From contig NGBS01000613.1 in NCBI GenBank assembly GCA_002245135.1, forward strand, positions 1 through 64,000: 64,000 nt of DNA, given 5' to 3'. The DNA is from Proteromonas lacertae. Lineage: Eukaryota. Shown here piece after piece: positions 50,668 to 64,000 of the stretch. Numbering within the stretch: position 1 is the first letter of the stretch; every line of letters begins with the position of its first letter. The notes under the pieces were generated by a model. That model saw only the letters and a program-made list of their open reading frames with translations. It was not told where the DNA came from and ran no database searches. The position numbers and the translations under genes were made by a program.

Positions 50668-51591
50668 ATGGAAGTCTGCTCTAGATTATCTGAACCTAAT
50701 AATAAAGGTATATTAAATTATTATGATTTATAGAAATTCAACAACCAGGATTTGATTTTGGTTTATGTAAGAGGTATTGTTTTTGTTTTACATTGATGTA
50801 GAAATGCTTTTTTAACTGAAAAACACAACTACAATGCACCTAAATTTACAAAAACAGGTACAACCATTGCTGGTTTTCACTTTAAAGATGGAATCATAAT
50901 TGGCGCAGATACAAGATCAACCGCTGGCTTTATTGCCGATAAAAATTGCGAAAAAATTCATCCAATTGCCCCAAACATTTATTGCTGCGGTGCTGGTACT
51001 GCTGCTGATACTTTTTTCGTTAAACGATTAATTGCATCAAAGTTGACACTTTTACGTCGTACACTCCATGAAGACAGCCGTGTAGTGACTGCAGCCACCA
51101 GATTCCAATCATATTTGTTCAAATACCACGGATATTGTCAAGCAGCCTTAATTTTAGGAGGCTATGATAGAACAGGTGGTCATATTTACCAAATTAGTCC
51201 AGAAGGAGCAATGTTTGAATTACCTTTCGCTACAATGGGAAGTGGTTGTTTAGCAGCAATGTCAATCATCGAAAGTGAATATCATGATGATATGGATGTA
51301 TAAATATAAACATATTTCATGTAATTATATAATTTTTAGGAAGAAGAAGCTAAAGCGTTAATGACCAAAGCAATTCGTGGAGGTATATTCAATGATCTTG
51401 GATCTGGTTCCAATGTTGATTTGAGAATTATTAAGAAGGGAGAAAATAATGAAATTCAGTCTTATGGCTTTAGAAACTATGATACTCCAAATAATATTAA
51501 TGATTATAGAACATATCAAAGACCAAAAGCAATAAATATTGAACAAGGAGCTACAATTGTAATTAAAGAAGATATTGAGAATTTAGAATAA
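50668..51591 (+). CDS. PSMB7: 20S proteasome subunit beta type-7 (beta2), 3 introns
   Basis: Propeptide GFDF, KTG/TTIAG, ADTRST, ADKNCEKIH, CGAGTAAD and GIFNDLGSGSNVD. Confidence 0.95.
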
Positions 51592-51918
51592 AATATTAAT
51601 AATTATTATTGAATGTATTGAATATGTTTTATAGGAAAACATGAATAATGAAATGTGAGTAAGTGGGTGTGAAAAGAATATCACTACTTCTTTTCAAAGT
51701 GTTTCGTTTTTTACAATCGCACTACATAAATAAATTAATTCTGATATTCTTATAGAACAAATATCCTTTATGTTCATATAAAATTTGAAATAAAGAAAAA
51801 AGACAAATACAATTGTATTTAATGTATTTCATTAAGTACATTAAATTAATATGAAAAGTATTCTAAATAAGCCTCAACCCTTAAACCTTCTTTCTTTCTT
51901 GATAAAAATTCTTTCAAA

Positions 51919-52876
51919 ATGATGAACATGCAACCCCAAATGCAAATGAAAAATAATAATCCACCTGATACAGCTGAGACTATACATATATCTTCACTAG
52001 CCTTGTTGAAGATGATTAAACATGGTATATATATGTTCTAATAATTATGTAGGCAGAGCAGGTGTGCCAATGGAGGTTATGGGGTTAATGATTGGCTCGT
52101 TCGTAGACGATTACACAATTCGTGTAGTAGATGTGTTCGCTATGCCACAGAGTGGTACAGGTGTGTCTGTCGAAGCTGTAGATCCAGTCTATCAACAACA
52201 GTTCCTCGAAATGTTAAAGCAAACAGGAAGAACAGAAACTGTAGTAGGATGGTATCACTCCCATCCAGGTTTTGGATGTTGGTTATCATCTGTGGATGTA
52301 AATACACAACAAAGTTTTGAGCAATTACATCCACGAAGTGTAGCTGTTGTTATTGATCCAATTCAATCTGTGAGAGGTAAAGTAGTGATAGATGCATTTA
52401 GATGTATTGCCCCTAAAGGAGGTATGGGAATGATAATGGGATCTATTGGTCAATCAGATGAAGAAATCCGTCAAACCACATCAAACATAGGTTATTTAAC
52501 TAAACCTACAATTGTTGCATTAATCCACGGTTTGAATAGAAGTTATTATTCATTGCCTGTAGCTTATAGGAAAGATGCATTAGAAGAAAAGATGTTGATG
52601 AATTTAAATAAGATACTATGGACTGGTGTAATTAAGAATAAATCATTTGAAGAACATTCTAAGAATAATGAAAAAGAATTAGACAATTTAAAGAAAATGG
52701 TGAGTGAATTTTCACTTCAAGTTAAAAATGAAAAGAATAAAACAATAGAAGAAAGTCAATTAGAAATAGTAGGTAAAGTAAATCCACATAAACATCTTGA
52801 AAGTGATGTTCAAAGAATAATGGGTGAGAATATATTGCAGTGTTTAAATACAATGATTAGTGAAATTGCATTTTAA
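51919..52876 (+). CDS. PSMD14: 26S proteasome deubiquitinase Rpn11, 1 intron
   Basis: [36 protein letters not shown] motif [17 protein letters not shown]. Confidence 0.97.
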
Positions 52877-52991
52877 ATAATACATTTTTTTCTTTTATAT
52901 TATTATTATTTCTACTTATTGTTGTTGTTTTTCAAATCATTCACAAATAATATAATATTATCAAGATGATTTGAGGTGAATTTAAAGAAAT

Positions 52992-55900
52992 TTACTTGTT
53001 ATTTCTTATTGTCAATTCAATAAGTTTTTTATCATCTTCATTAATAGAGCCAAGTATTCTTTTAAACTCATCTTTGTTATTCTTAATGAACTTCATCAAC
53101 ATTTGTGAAGCATTCTTGTTTATCTCATCATTATTCAGTTTGATGCATTGAATAATAACTGTAATTAACAGTGGTAGAATATCATTGGATTTGTGACTCA
53201 TATTGTAGATTGATAATAAAATAGTCAAGCTTGACTTGATTCCTATCAAATTATTTAAATAACTATCCGTTGTGGCAGTTATTCTTAAGTAATTGATAGT
53301 CAAATAACTCATTTCATTAATGATATAATTCTTCAAATCTTTATTCTTTATCCCTTTCATATAATCAAAGTGTAATTTCAATATTTCATTTATATTTTCA
53401 ATGTTTATACTTTTGTATAATCCACTTAGATAATTATTTATAATAACAAATGGAATGTTATTCTCATTGATATTGTTTAATAATAAGTACAGTAATTGGT
53501 ATATTTGTATCTCGTTTTCATTGGTTTTTGTTTTATCCATTAACATCACTAACATTGATAATAACAGCTTGTTATTTTCTTTAGATATTTTCTTAAAATA
53601 TTTTGTTATTAATTCAATATTGATTGTATTAGCCATATATAATTCCATGATGTTTAATAACATATATTCAACAGAAATATTGCTGCATAGAAACTCTATT
53701 AATTTCATCTTTTCTTCTTCTTCATTTATCACTTTGATCTTGTTTAAATAGTAAGCATAATATATTCTATAATAACATTTCTGTTGGTTTTCATTGAATA
53801 TTTGTTGAATAGTGGAAGAGAAATGAGTGAAGAAATTATTCAATAAATTGTAATTATTAGATGATTGTTCATTCTCTTTTAAGATAGTATTTAATTTGTT
53901 TAAAAATACAGATTGTATTTCATCATTAATAACATATTTAACACCAATAAACTTTGACAATTTAAATAGAATAGATAAGTTCAAATTCATATTATTTGAA
54001 TTTAATTCAACCATTGATATATTCATCATTAGTTGGTATAAATCATTAATATTGTCTTTATTAATAATTATGTTGTTTTTATCAATTGAAATATTATTTC
54101 TATCACTTACATTCAACTCCAAAATACTGTAAATTAAATATGAAACGAATCTATTTTCAGTTTGATTATTTGAAACAATATAGTCTAACAACAACAAGAT
54201 GAACATTTCATTTACTTCTTTCAAATGAGATTTATAAAATCCAATATATTTAGAAACACTCATTTCTTCAATTGGGATTTTATACTTTGAAATAGAAATA
54301 TCTTTTTGATTTTCAACATCTGAATTAGATAATATTATATATCCATAACTCAATATTTCACCTATCATTTTAACTTCATTATTATTAACAGCATTCAAAT
54401 GATTCAATATGTATTTACAATATTTTATAACAGTAATAACAACCTCAATATTGTCTAGAAAATCATTAACGATTAATTCTTTAACAATTGGAATGAGGAA
54501 AGGTAACATACAACTATTATCTTTCTTTTTATCTTTTAAGTATTTATAATATTTTGTTACATTCAATAATATTTCATTTTTATCACTCTTTAATACACTC
54601 TCATTTTGACCATCCTTAACATTGATGAATTTTGTAATATAGTAATAATACAATCTTACACTGAATAATTGTATTTCTGTATTTTCATTCTTCAATATAA
54701 TACTTATAAACTCTGATAAGATTGTCATATTATCAGTTATTTTCTTCATATCAGTTAATTTAGATATGTATTTATAAAATATCTTTACAATCAATAACTG
54801 AACATCTTCATCCTTTGATTTAGAATACAATTCCTTTAACTCTTTAATATAATAATTGAAGTTGTTATTCACATTATTATCATTATTTATGAAGTAATCG
54901 ATAATATATTGTTTATCCATAATCATTCTATTTTCTATTAATATCTTAATAATTCCAAATGAATAAATATAATTGTCATTCAATAAAGAATCATATAAAT
55001 CGTTCAATATATCAGTATCACCACATTTCAGTAGTTTTTCTATAATAGTGTTAGCATAATTAAACAATATTTTATTCTTACAATTCGATTTAATAATTTG
55101 AACTAATAACTTATATAATTCAAATAATATTTTATTACCATAATGAGTAGAGATAATACTAATCGATAATAATATTTTGTTGAATAATTCATTGTCTTTC
55201 ACTAAAATATTATCATCATTTACATTGTCATAGTTAGTAAAAATTACTGAAAATATATTCGTTATGACATACAAGTAAACTCTATTTGAATATAAGTTAC
55301 TGTATATTTTATCATATATTAACAATTCTAAGATATAATCTATTATAGATTCCATTATCTTTTTATTGTTATACAAGTTACGATTGTAAAAGAGATACTT
55401 TGTAAAATATAAGAACCAAATCTCATATATATCATTACTTAGATGTATATTTTGTATTAATCTCATTATATCTTTCACGCTTATTATCTCATCATATTTC
55501 CCAATTAATATAAATAAAGTGTCATAAATACCAACATAATCTTCAAATATAATATCTTTATTGGTTCTTGATTCCATAACTGACAATCGTAGTAATCTTG
55601 TCGCAATTTCAGTTATATCTTTCTTATTCATATATTGGAACAAAATATCACAATTTTTTACAGCCAAATTTCTCATTCTAGAGAATATTGACATTAGAGA
55701 AGCTAATAAATAGTCGATAATTGTTTGAATAAATGGACTATTCATAATTGATCCTTTTTCTATTGTTAATACATTTAAATATATATAAATAATGAGGTTA
55801 ACATCAACATCATATTTCTTCTGATCATTCACATTATTCTTTGGATTGTTTGCCATTTCAATTATTTCTGAAATATATTCGTTACATTGGTCAATTAATA

Positions 55901-58333
55901 ATGTAAATAATCCCAATCCCATTGTGTAAACTCCTTTGATAGTTAACATTTCAGATATCTCTTGAACTGGGATTAATTCTACTGAAGAATATAAGTTATT
56001 AGATTGGAAATCTTTATATAAAATTGCTCTATTGTATAGCAAACTTCCTATTTCATCATTTATATTGTTAACTCGATTATGATTGTGATTTAAATTACTT
56101 TTCAAATTCCAAATCTTTTCATTATACTTTGGATATTCGTATGATAATAAATTCATATTACATGATATATATTTATATATATAATCAATGGGCAATTCTC
56201 CACCTGATGTAAAACATAATTTAATAAGTGGAAATATCTTAGAAAACAAATCAGATTTGTTATTTTCTGGAATATTATCGAAGAATGTTAAAATTTGAAT
56301 ATTTAAATACTGTAATAAAGTACTATCAGTGTTTTTCTGAGTAGAAACAGTGTTATAAATATCAATATATTGTTTATAAATTGATAATAAAGTTGGTGCT
56401 AAATTTGATTTCATTATATCATTATGATATCTCAATAATGAATTTAATGAATCTAATAAACTAATCAACTCTAACAATATCTCATTTTTTATCTTTTTAT
56501 TCTTTAATAAGTCATTATAATTCAATAAATTCTTATTTAAGATGATTATTATTTCATCTAATTTATCAATATCCAAGTTAGGATCAACATATATTCCACT
56601 TAATAAATAATAACAGTAATGTAAAATCGGTCTCACATTTTTATCATTCATTTTCATAGTGTTGTACAAATTAATAATGGCTGTATCTGCTTGTAGTATT
56701 TGACCAAACATAGCTTGATCTTTATTAATTTCAGGATTGGCTTGACAGATCGAGCTAAATATCAGAAATGAAATAACGGCACTTTTGAATTTATTCACAC
56801 TTCCAGAATCTACATTATCTTCTGGAAGCATAAATTCAGTTAAAATATTTGATAATAATGTGAAGAAATGAATAAATATCTCATTAAATAACTCGTTATT
56901 AATTTGACAAATTTCATATAAACAATGGCCAATAATAATTGAGATAGGAATTGATGTTAAATCATTCATTACTTGAAGGTATAATTTTATTGATATTTTG
57001 AAATCAATATTACATCCATTTAACCTTATAATACATTGATGTAAAATCGATAACAATGAATATAATTCTTCTTCATTATATTTCTTTATTTCACTCAATA
57101 AATCATTACATAATGAATTATATAATGATATTAAATTTGTAACGGATATTTTATTAATAATTCCATTGGTTATAATATTTACTGAATATTTGATCGTTTC
57201 TTCTTTAGTTGATTTGTGTGGAATGGTATTACTTAATATTTTAATGATTTTATAAATAATTTCTTTCCATTCATCACTACTACAATTCATTCTCAATAAA
57301 TAATTGATTAAACTTTCACTATACAATTTACGATGTTCTACTGTTGTATTTCCTTTAATAATTAATCCAATAAAATACATTGTAACAACTTTAACACTTC
57401 TATCTACAGGAATTGTGATTTTTTTAACTTCAAACCATTTGTTTATTTCATCATCACCATATCTGACAATTATATTTTCATTGTTACTATATTCACTCAT
57501 TATTCTACCAAATGACTTTGTTATAATTGTTGCTACATCTTGATTGATATTATCATCAATTCCTTTTAAAATGATATTCACTAAATTATCGATTGTAATT
57601 AGAGTGTAATTTTGACTGTATTTACTTAATATAGAAAATTGTTTAAATGCTTCTTGTCTTAATGGAATTTTCTTATCTGATATTAGACGAGTAAACAGTT
57701 TTAATACATCATTCATTAGTGTAGATAATACTGCTGGACAACCGTTAATCAAAGCCAGTAAACAGTAAAATGATTTTGATTGAATTAACTGTTCATCATC
57801 TTTTACTCCGTTTTGTATAATTTTGAACAGTTGTTTTAGGAAAAGTGTTAATATTAGCAGCAAAGTTCCTATGAGTTAAGTAAATAGGTAATAATGAGTA
57901 TATTGTTAATCTGAGTGATGTATTGTTCTTGGACTTGTATAATTTCACAAAATAATCAATTGACTCAGCAATATCACTTGCAGAATGATCTACTATAACC
58001 TTTGAAACGATTTTGACTAATAAGCTTCTGTGACCTTCATCAATAGCCATCATTCTTCTGGGCACGTTCTAATAATTCATGAATCATTTTTTCTTCTCTA
58101 TAAAATAATAAAAAAACATAAAAAATACTGTTTTGAATTAAAACCACTATCACTGAAATTTTTGATCCTATACATATATTCGTGCATTTCATTGAGAAGA
58201 TCCAATAACCTTTTATCATACGAATTGGAACTAGGAGAAGATGCTATTTAAAAGTATTACAACCAAGATAAATACCAGCTTGAGAAATATAAGCTTTAAT
58301 TTTAGAATTTATCTGATTCAATCTTGGATCCAT
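52992..58333 (-). CDS. HEATR5/Laa1-like large HEAT-repeat protein; 2 introns and two apparent +1 frameshifts
   Basis: ATG at 58333. ESIDYFVKLYKS...KQLFKIIQNGVKDDEQLIQSKSFYCLLAL matches the recalled HEATR5 N-terminal pattern; C-terminal FKRILGSINEDDKKLIELTIR. Confidence 0.6.
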
Positions 58334-58453
58334 TGGCTACTCTTCGAGTAAAACAGATTTAAAGATAAAAAGATTGAAATGCTCAAGCCAAATCAATCAA
58401 AATAGATTCGTTTTAGGGGTGAAAAAGATTTTTTCGGACAACGTTTATCAAAA

Positions 58454-59655
58454 ATGAAATATCTGTTTGTTCTTTATATAATAATATGTGTGGCTTTTGG
58501 AAATTGTCCTAATCTATGCAGTGGTCATGGTGTTTGTAAAAATGGAGTTATTTGCGATTGTTATCCAGGATGGAGAGAAGGTGACTGCAGTGGTAGTATA
58601 AATATATGTAAAAATTATATCAATTGAATAGGAGCATGTCCATATGATGAGACTTATGTTGAACCAGATAATGATGTTACAACCGCTTTAGAGCATCCAA
58701 CATACTTAGAATGTAGTGGTAAAGGAAAGTGTGATCGTGATACTGGTATGTGTCAATGTTATTCAGGTTATGAAGGAACTGCTTGTCAAAGAATGAGTTG
58801 CCCAAATGGTTGCAGTGGTCATGGCAGATGCTTAGCATCATCTCATTTAGATATAAATACACATACACCAGGACAATTATATTACGATTTTATAATGAAT
58901 AAAGATGAATCTTCTAAACAGAATTGGGATAAGTGATCAAAGTTATGCATGTGTATGTGATAAAGAATATACTGGGTATGACTGCAGTCTGAAAAAATGT
59001 CCAACTGGATATATTGAAAGTACAAATTGTGTAGCAGCTTCACTCTCACAGCAAGGAATATCATGGGAAGTAGATGTAGATGCAACTAATGAAGATGCAG
59101 AATATCAATGTTTAGCATATTTAGAATATACTGACTATGTATGATAGAAAATATTACAGTGACAGATTTTGTGTTGATTGTCAAAATAGTCAATCTGAGA
59201 AATGTAAAGGAAATAATGTATTTGGTTGGGAAGAAGCCTTATTAAGATTACCAACAGGTACAATTGACATTAAACCAGAGAATATTATATTAAATGGAAC
59301 ATCCGTAGTGATAATTTTCAATAATCAACAAACTGGAAGACAACATCAAATTAAGTTACTAACTTATGAAATATTAAAAGAAGAAGAATTGAATTTGTAT
59401 TTAGGAGTATCTAGTACAAGTGGTTATCATGGTATGACATTAGCACAATTAGAAATTAAAGATAAAACAGACGATGATAATAGTAATCTCTTATATTCAC
59501 ATTTAGTAACAAAATCAATTACTTATTTGAATGAAGATTCATTACCTGCTGTAGTTTGTAGTAGAAATGGTATTTGTGATTATACAACAGGTATTTGCGA
59601 ATGTTTTACTGGCTTTTATGGTATAGCTTGTACAGAACAAGCTGCTCTTGTGTAG
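58454..59655 (+). CDS. Secreted EGF/tenascin-repeat protein of the stramenopile tubular mastigoneme (Sig/Ocm/Mas) type; two apparent +1 frameshifts
   Basis: Signal peptide; CPNLCSGHG, ECSGKGKCDRDTGMCQCYSGYEGTACQRMSCPNGCSGHG, WD......CVCD..YTGYDCS and terminal CSRNGICDYTTGICECFTGFYGIACTEQAALV. Confidence 0.75.
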
Positions 59656-59830
59656 ATTTTAAAAAATAATAATATATGTATTAATTATTTAACTATTATT
59701 ATTAATTTTTATTAATATGTTTTTATTATAATATAAATAATATATAATATATATATAATAAAATACATTCAATTCAAATTAAAATTGATGTATATTATAT
59801 ATATATATTATATTATATAAATATATTATA

Positions 59831-61089
59831 TTATTCACCTTTTAATTCACCAATTAAATCACTTATATCAGCATCATCTTCGCCTTTATCATCACCTTTA
59901 CCACTATCTGTTCCATTATTGTCACTACTTCCAACATTAAAATTCCATGTTGTTCCAGGAACATATTCACTCTCACCAGCATCGTTTGAAAATACAACTT
60001 TATCTCCAACAGCAGTAACAGTAGTAATTTCTAATTTCTTATGAACATAGTCATCAGGTGTTTCTTCTAGAGGAGGAACTGCACCACAAATCTCTTTTCT
60101 TACTACAGAAATATCTTGACATTCCTTGAAGAATTTTAATCCTAATATCTTTTCAATTGGATATCTCTTTTCTGGAGATTTTACTAAGCATTTCTCATAA
60201 GCAGCGGTGTAACCCTTAGTAACATCAATTTTCTTACTATCTTCATAGGTTTTTAAAGATGGAGCATCATCTTGTAAAGTCTTTAATAATACCTTCATTG
60301 GCTGTTCTTTAGCAGTAGGGAGCATAACCTTTCAATAATTCTAATAAAGTAATACCAAATGACCAAATATCAGCCTATTATTAAAGAAATAATTGAGAAA
60401 AATATACTTTTTCAGAATATTTCGTTTGTTCCATTACTTCTGGTGCCATCCAACATGGAGTACCTACAAACGTCTTACATTTAGCACCTCTATCAATACC
60501 TTTTTCAATCATACCAGCAACACCAAAATCAGCTAGTTTAATTTCACCATCTTGATTCATTAAGATGTTTCCTGCTTTGATATCTCTATGGACATATCCA
60601 AGAGAGTGTAAATATTGAATACCTTTACCTACTTCGTTCATTATTGAAGCCTATCCATGGTTCCTAGAATAAATTATAAAAAAAATTAAACTCTATACTT
60701 TTAAACCTTCTCCTTCAATAATCTTTCCGATTTCTCGTAATTTGGAGATAATACGATGACAGGAACCCATAGACATATAAGGCATTACAATCCATAGATA
60801 ATTCTTCGTGACGAAGCTTGCATAACACTCTAAAACATTTGGATGTTTACAGCTCTTCATTGTCGCTACCTCTTTTTGGATATCTTCTAAAGAGATTGAC
60901 AAGTTATCAAGGTTTAAGATCTTTATAGCGACTGTTTCTCCCTTGGTTGGACAAAACGCTTTATAAACACTAGCAAAAGCTCCCTAGCATAAAATACTCA
61001 ATAGTTTAATATACTTTTCCAATCAAACCATAAAGAGTGTAGGCCTCTTCAGCTACAGGCCATTCATTGCTATCTATTGTATCTGCCAT
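59831..61089 (-). CDS. STE20-family kinase, OSR1/SPAK-like; 3 introns and two apparent +1 frameshifts
   Basis: IGKGAFASVY, HRDIKAGNIL, ADFGV, TFVGTPCWMAPEVMEQ and PMKVLLKTLQDDAP. Confidence 0.9.
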
Positions 61090-61243
61090 TAACAAAATAG
61101 AAGAGAATAAAAAATGTTTTCAAGCCTGTTTTGAGTGAAAAAAAGTGGCTTTCATTCACCTTTTGATTGGATAAAAACTGGCCAAACTCAACTTTTAGCC
61201 CGAACTCACTCAAACTTTCATTCAATTTGATTTTTGCTTTAAA

Positions 61244-62493
61244 ATGCCAAAAAAAGATAAAGATGAGGAACCTAAAAAACATGTTGTATTAGGAAGACCA
61301 GGTATATCTGAAAACATTAATTTTTATAGGAAACAATGTGAAAATCGGAATTGTTGGTTTGCCAAACGTAGGTAAATCATCATTCTTCAATACACTTTCA
61401 AAATTAAATGTATTTATAAATGATAATATTGTAATAATTTTAGGTTGCAGCTGAGAATTACCCTTTCTGTACAATTGAACCAAATGAAGCACGTGTAGCA
61501 GTTCCAGATAAAAGATTCGACCAATTATGTGATTTTCACAAACCAAAAAGTATTGTTCCAGCAGCATTAGCAGTTACTGATATTGCTGGTTTAGTGAGAG
61601 GTGCTTCCGAAGGTGCAGGTTTAGGTAACGCTTTCTTGTCACATATTCGAGCATGTGATGCCATTTATCATGTAGTTAGAGCATTTGATGACCCAGATGT
61701 TACTCATGTTGAAGAATCTGTAGATCCAATAAGAGATATGCAAATTATCCATGATGAATTATTAAAGAAAGATATCGAAACAATTGACAAAGCAATTGAA
61801 AACATGGAGAAAGTAGTTTTAAGAGCAAATAATTCAAAAGAAAAGAAAGATGAATATGCAATTTTGAAGAAGATTCGAGAATATTTAGACCAGAATAAAG
61901 ATATAAGAAGTGGTAATTGGGATGCTAAAGAAATAGATGTATTGAATAATTACTATTTATTAAGCTCAAAACCAATGATTTACTTGGTTAACTTAAGTGA
62001 AAATAATTATATTAAAAAGAAAGGCAAATGGTTATTACCCATTAAAGAATGGATTGATAAAAGAGGAAATGGTGAAACAATGATTCCATTCAGTGCAAAA
62101 TTTGAAGAAAAAGTTTTGAGTTTTGGAACACCAGAAGAAGTGGAAAGTTTTTATAAAGAAGTTGGTGCAAAAACTGTTTTACCGAAAATCATTAATTTTG
62201 GTTATCATGCTTTGAATTTAATTCATTTCTTCACCGCTGGTCCTGATGAAGTTAAATGTTGGACTATTAAACAAGGAACTTTAGCTCCACAAGCTGCTGG
62301 TGTAATTCACACAGATTTTGAACAAGGTTTTATTTGTGCTGAAGTTTATTCATTTGAAGTATTTTTACAATATAAAAATGAAGCTGCAATTAAAGCTGCT
62401 GGTCAAATGAAACAAGAAGGTAGAAAATATGAAGTAAAAGATGGTGATATTATCTTCTTCAAATTTAATGTCACTACTCAAAAGAAGAAGTAG
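61244..62493 (+). CDS. OLA1: Obg-like ATPase 1 (YchF), 2 introns
   Basis: [46 protein letters not shown] and [13 protein letters not shown]. Confidence 0.96.
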
Positions 62494-62687
62494 AATTTTT
62501 GATTAAGTAACATATTTTGTATTATTTTATGGGGTTATAAAAGTGAAATCAAATTGAATTTACAAAATATAAAAACAAATTGGAATATTATTATTAATAG
62601 AATTATATAAATAAATATTAAATAATTTATTTGAATAAAAGTCATACAATAGGGGAATAGAAAACATATAAAAAATACTTTTTCTCC

Positions 62688-64000
62688 CTAAAATTCAATA
62701 AATGCTTCTAAGCCAGTTCCATTAATCCAACTACTATCACCTTCTCCAAGACTATATATTATATTATATTAAACAATAAAATATATTTATACTTTTTAAA
62801 TGGATCTAAATTTTTACTTGTTGTACGAGGAGCAGGCATATGTGCTTTTGGAGCTGCAATTTCTAATTTCTCTAATTTTTGCCAATCAACAGATTCAAAG
62901 TATCGATGTTCCTTTATATCTAAACTACCTCTTTGTAAATTACCTAATCTGAATATTCTTTTTCTACATAATAATCTGATTATTAAATCTTTCATTTCTT
63001 CACTGAATCTATCACAATTGAAGTTAATTTCTGACTCTATAATTAGACGATATGTTTCTAATAGATTGTCAGCACTAAATGTGGTTTTTCCAGTGACTAA
63101 TTCGTAACAGATAATGCCAAAACTCCACCAATCACAGGACAGATCGTGTCCTGTACAACATAATATTTCTGGAGCAATATAATCAGGTGTGCCACAAAGA
63201 GTATATGATTTACGATGAATCTATTAAATATATTTAAATATATTATACATATTTAGCAAATCCAAAATCAATCAATTTCAAATATCCTGTATTATAATCC
63301 ACCATAATATTCTCTGGTTTTAAATCTCTATAAGCAATCTTCTGATCATGTAATTTACTCATCATTAACACTATCGATGATGCATAAAACAATATTACAT
63401 CAGGTTTCAATGGTTCATTTACACCATGTCGATTATACATTTGTCTTGTTAATTCACCACCACTTAAATACTCTAATATAAAGTAGATATTATTACCATC
63501 AGCTGCTGTACCAAAGCATCTTTCATAAAATGGACAAATTGGTAATGTCATCAACATATTCTTCTCTTGTATAACTGAAACGATTAAATCTTTATGTGGT
63601 TTACCATCTGAATGAACCAATGAACTCTTAGGAATGCATTTTATAGCATATTGTGCTTTAGTATCTTGATTTTCTGCTAATATTGTCACACCAAATGAAC
63701 CTCTACCTAGATATTTGATATATTTTAATTCTGTAATATCTGTTACTAAATCATCAGGTTTTTTCTGCTCTAATAAATGATAAAGTTGATTCTGTTTTGT
63801 GTAAGGTTTTGACAGTGTTTAGTTGTAAATTGTGTAAATATCTACCAGCAGTTTTCTATATATATATAAATAAAATAATAAATATATTATACCTTTCTCA
63901 CTATATATTCTTCAAATATTTCTTTACTTACAGTCAAACAAACAGTATGAACGTGAGCTACATATCTATACAGTGCTTTACACTTATTATTTAATATTGA
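62688..64000 (-). CDS. AGC kinase, PKG/PKA-like (5' part outside the window)
   Basis: LGRGSFG, YRDLKPEN, DFGFAK, YTLCGTPDYIAPE and DWWSFG. The upstream exon resembles the end of a cNMP-binding domain. Confidence 0.85.

Overview
This is very AT-rich, gene-dense eukaryotic (protist) DNA with tiny GT-AG introns (mostly 23-36 nt, donors usually GTAT), short intergenic spacers and GT-rich TGTTTGTT/TGTTGTT elements after many stop codons. Together with a tubular-mastigoneme-type EGF gene, this points to a Blastocystis- or Proteromonas-like stramenopile (inference). About 33 genes can be rebuilt by hand across introns: a >2400-aa intronless coiled-coil protein with a 222-bp tandem array, Rab, a CLAMP/CFAP119-like protein, a divergent PARG, an EF-hand protein, PCNA, an ANKRD13-like protein with a GOLD insert, two paralogous C4 zinc-finger proteins, a voltage-sensor-like/PDE fusion, two MacroD genes (one fused to an LSm-like domain), IST1-like, Ig-like/RCC1, CDKL kinase, an atypical Hsp70, ankyrin-CAAX (two copies), FAAP24/ERCC1-like, GAA1, exportin-6-like, PPR, Mic19-like, PheRS beta, PSMB7, RPN11, HEATR5, a mastigoneme protein, an OSR1/SPAK-like kinase, OLA1 and a PKG-like kinase. 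Notable features: (i) eight apparent +1 frameshifts, always one extra base, in five otherwise intact genes, which could be insertion errors or recoding/editing; (ii) a 10.15-kb tandem duplication whose first copy lost 7.42 kb at a microhomology; (iii) a gene-conversion tract between the macrodomain paralogues and a local group of ADP-ribose-processing genes; (iv) flagellum-associated genes, including a CDKL kinase next to a protein with four CDKL-type RPx[ST]A motifs; (v) E2F and AACGG promoter motifs. No tRNA, rRNA, CRISPR or transposon was recognised. All family assignments are from recalled motifs, not database searches.
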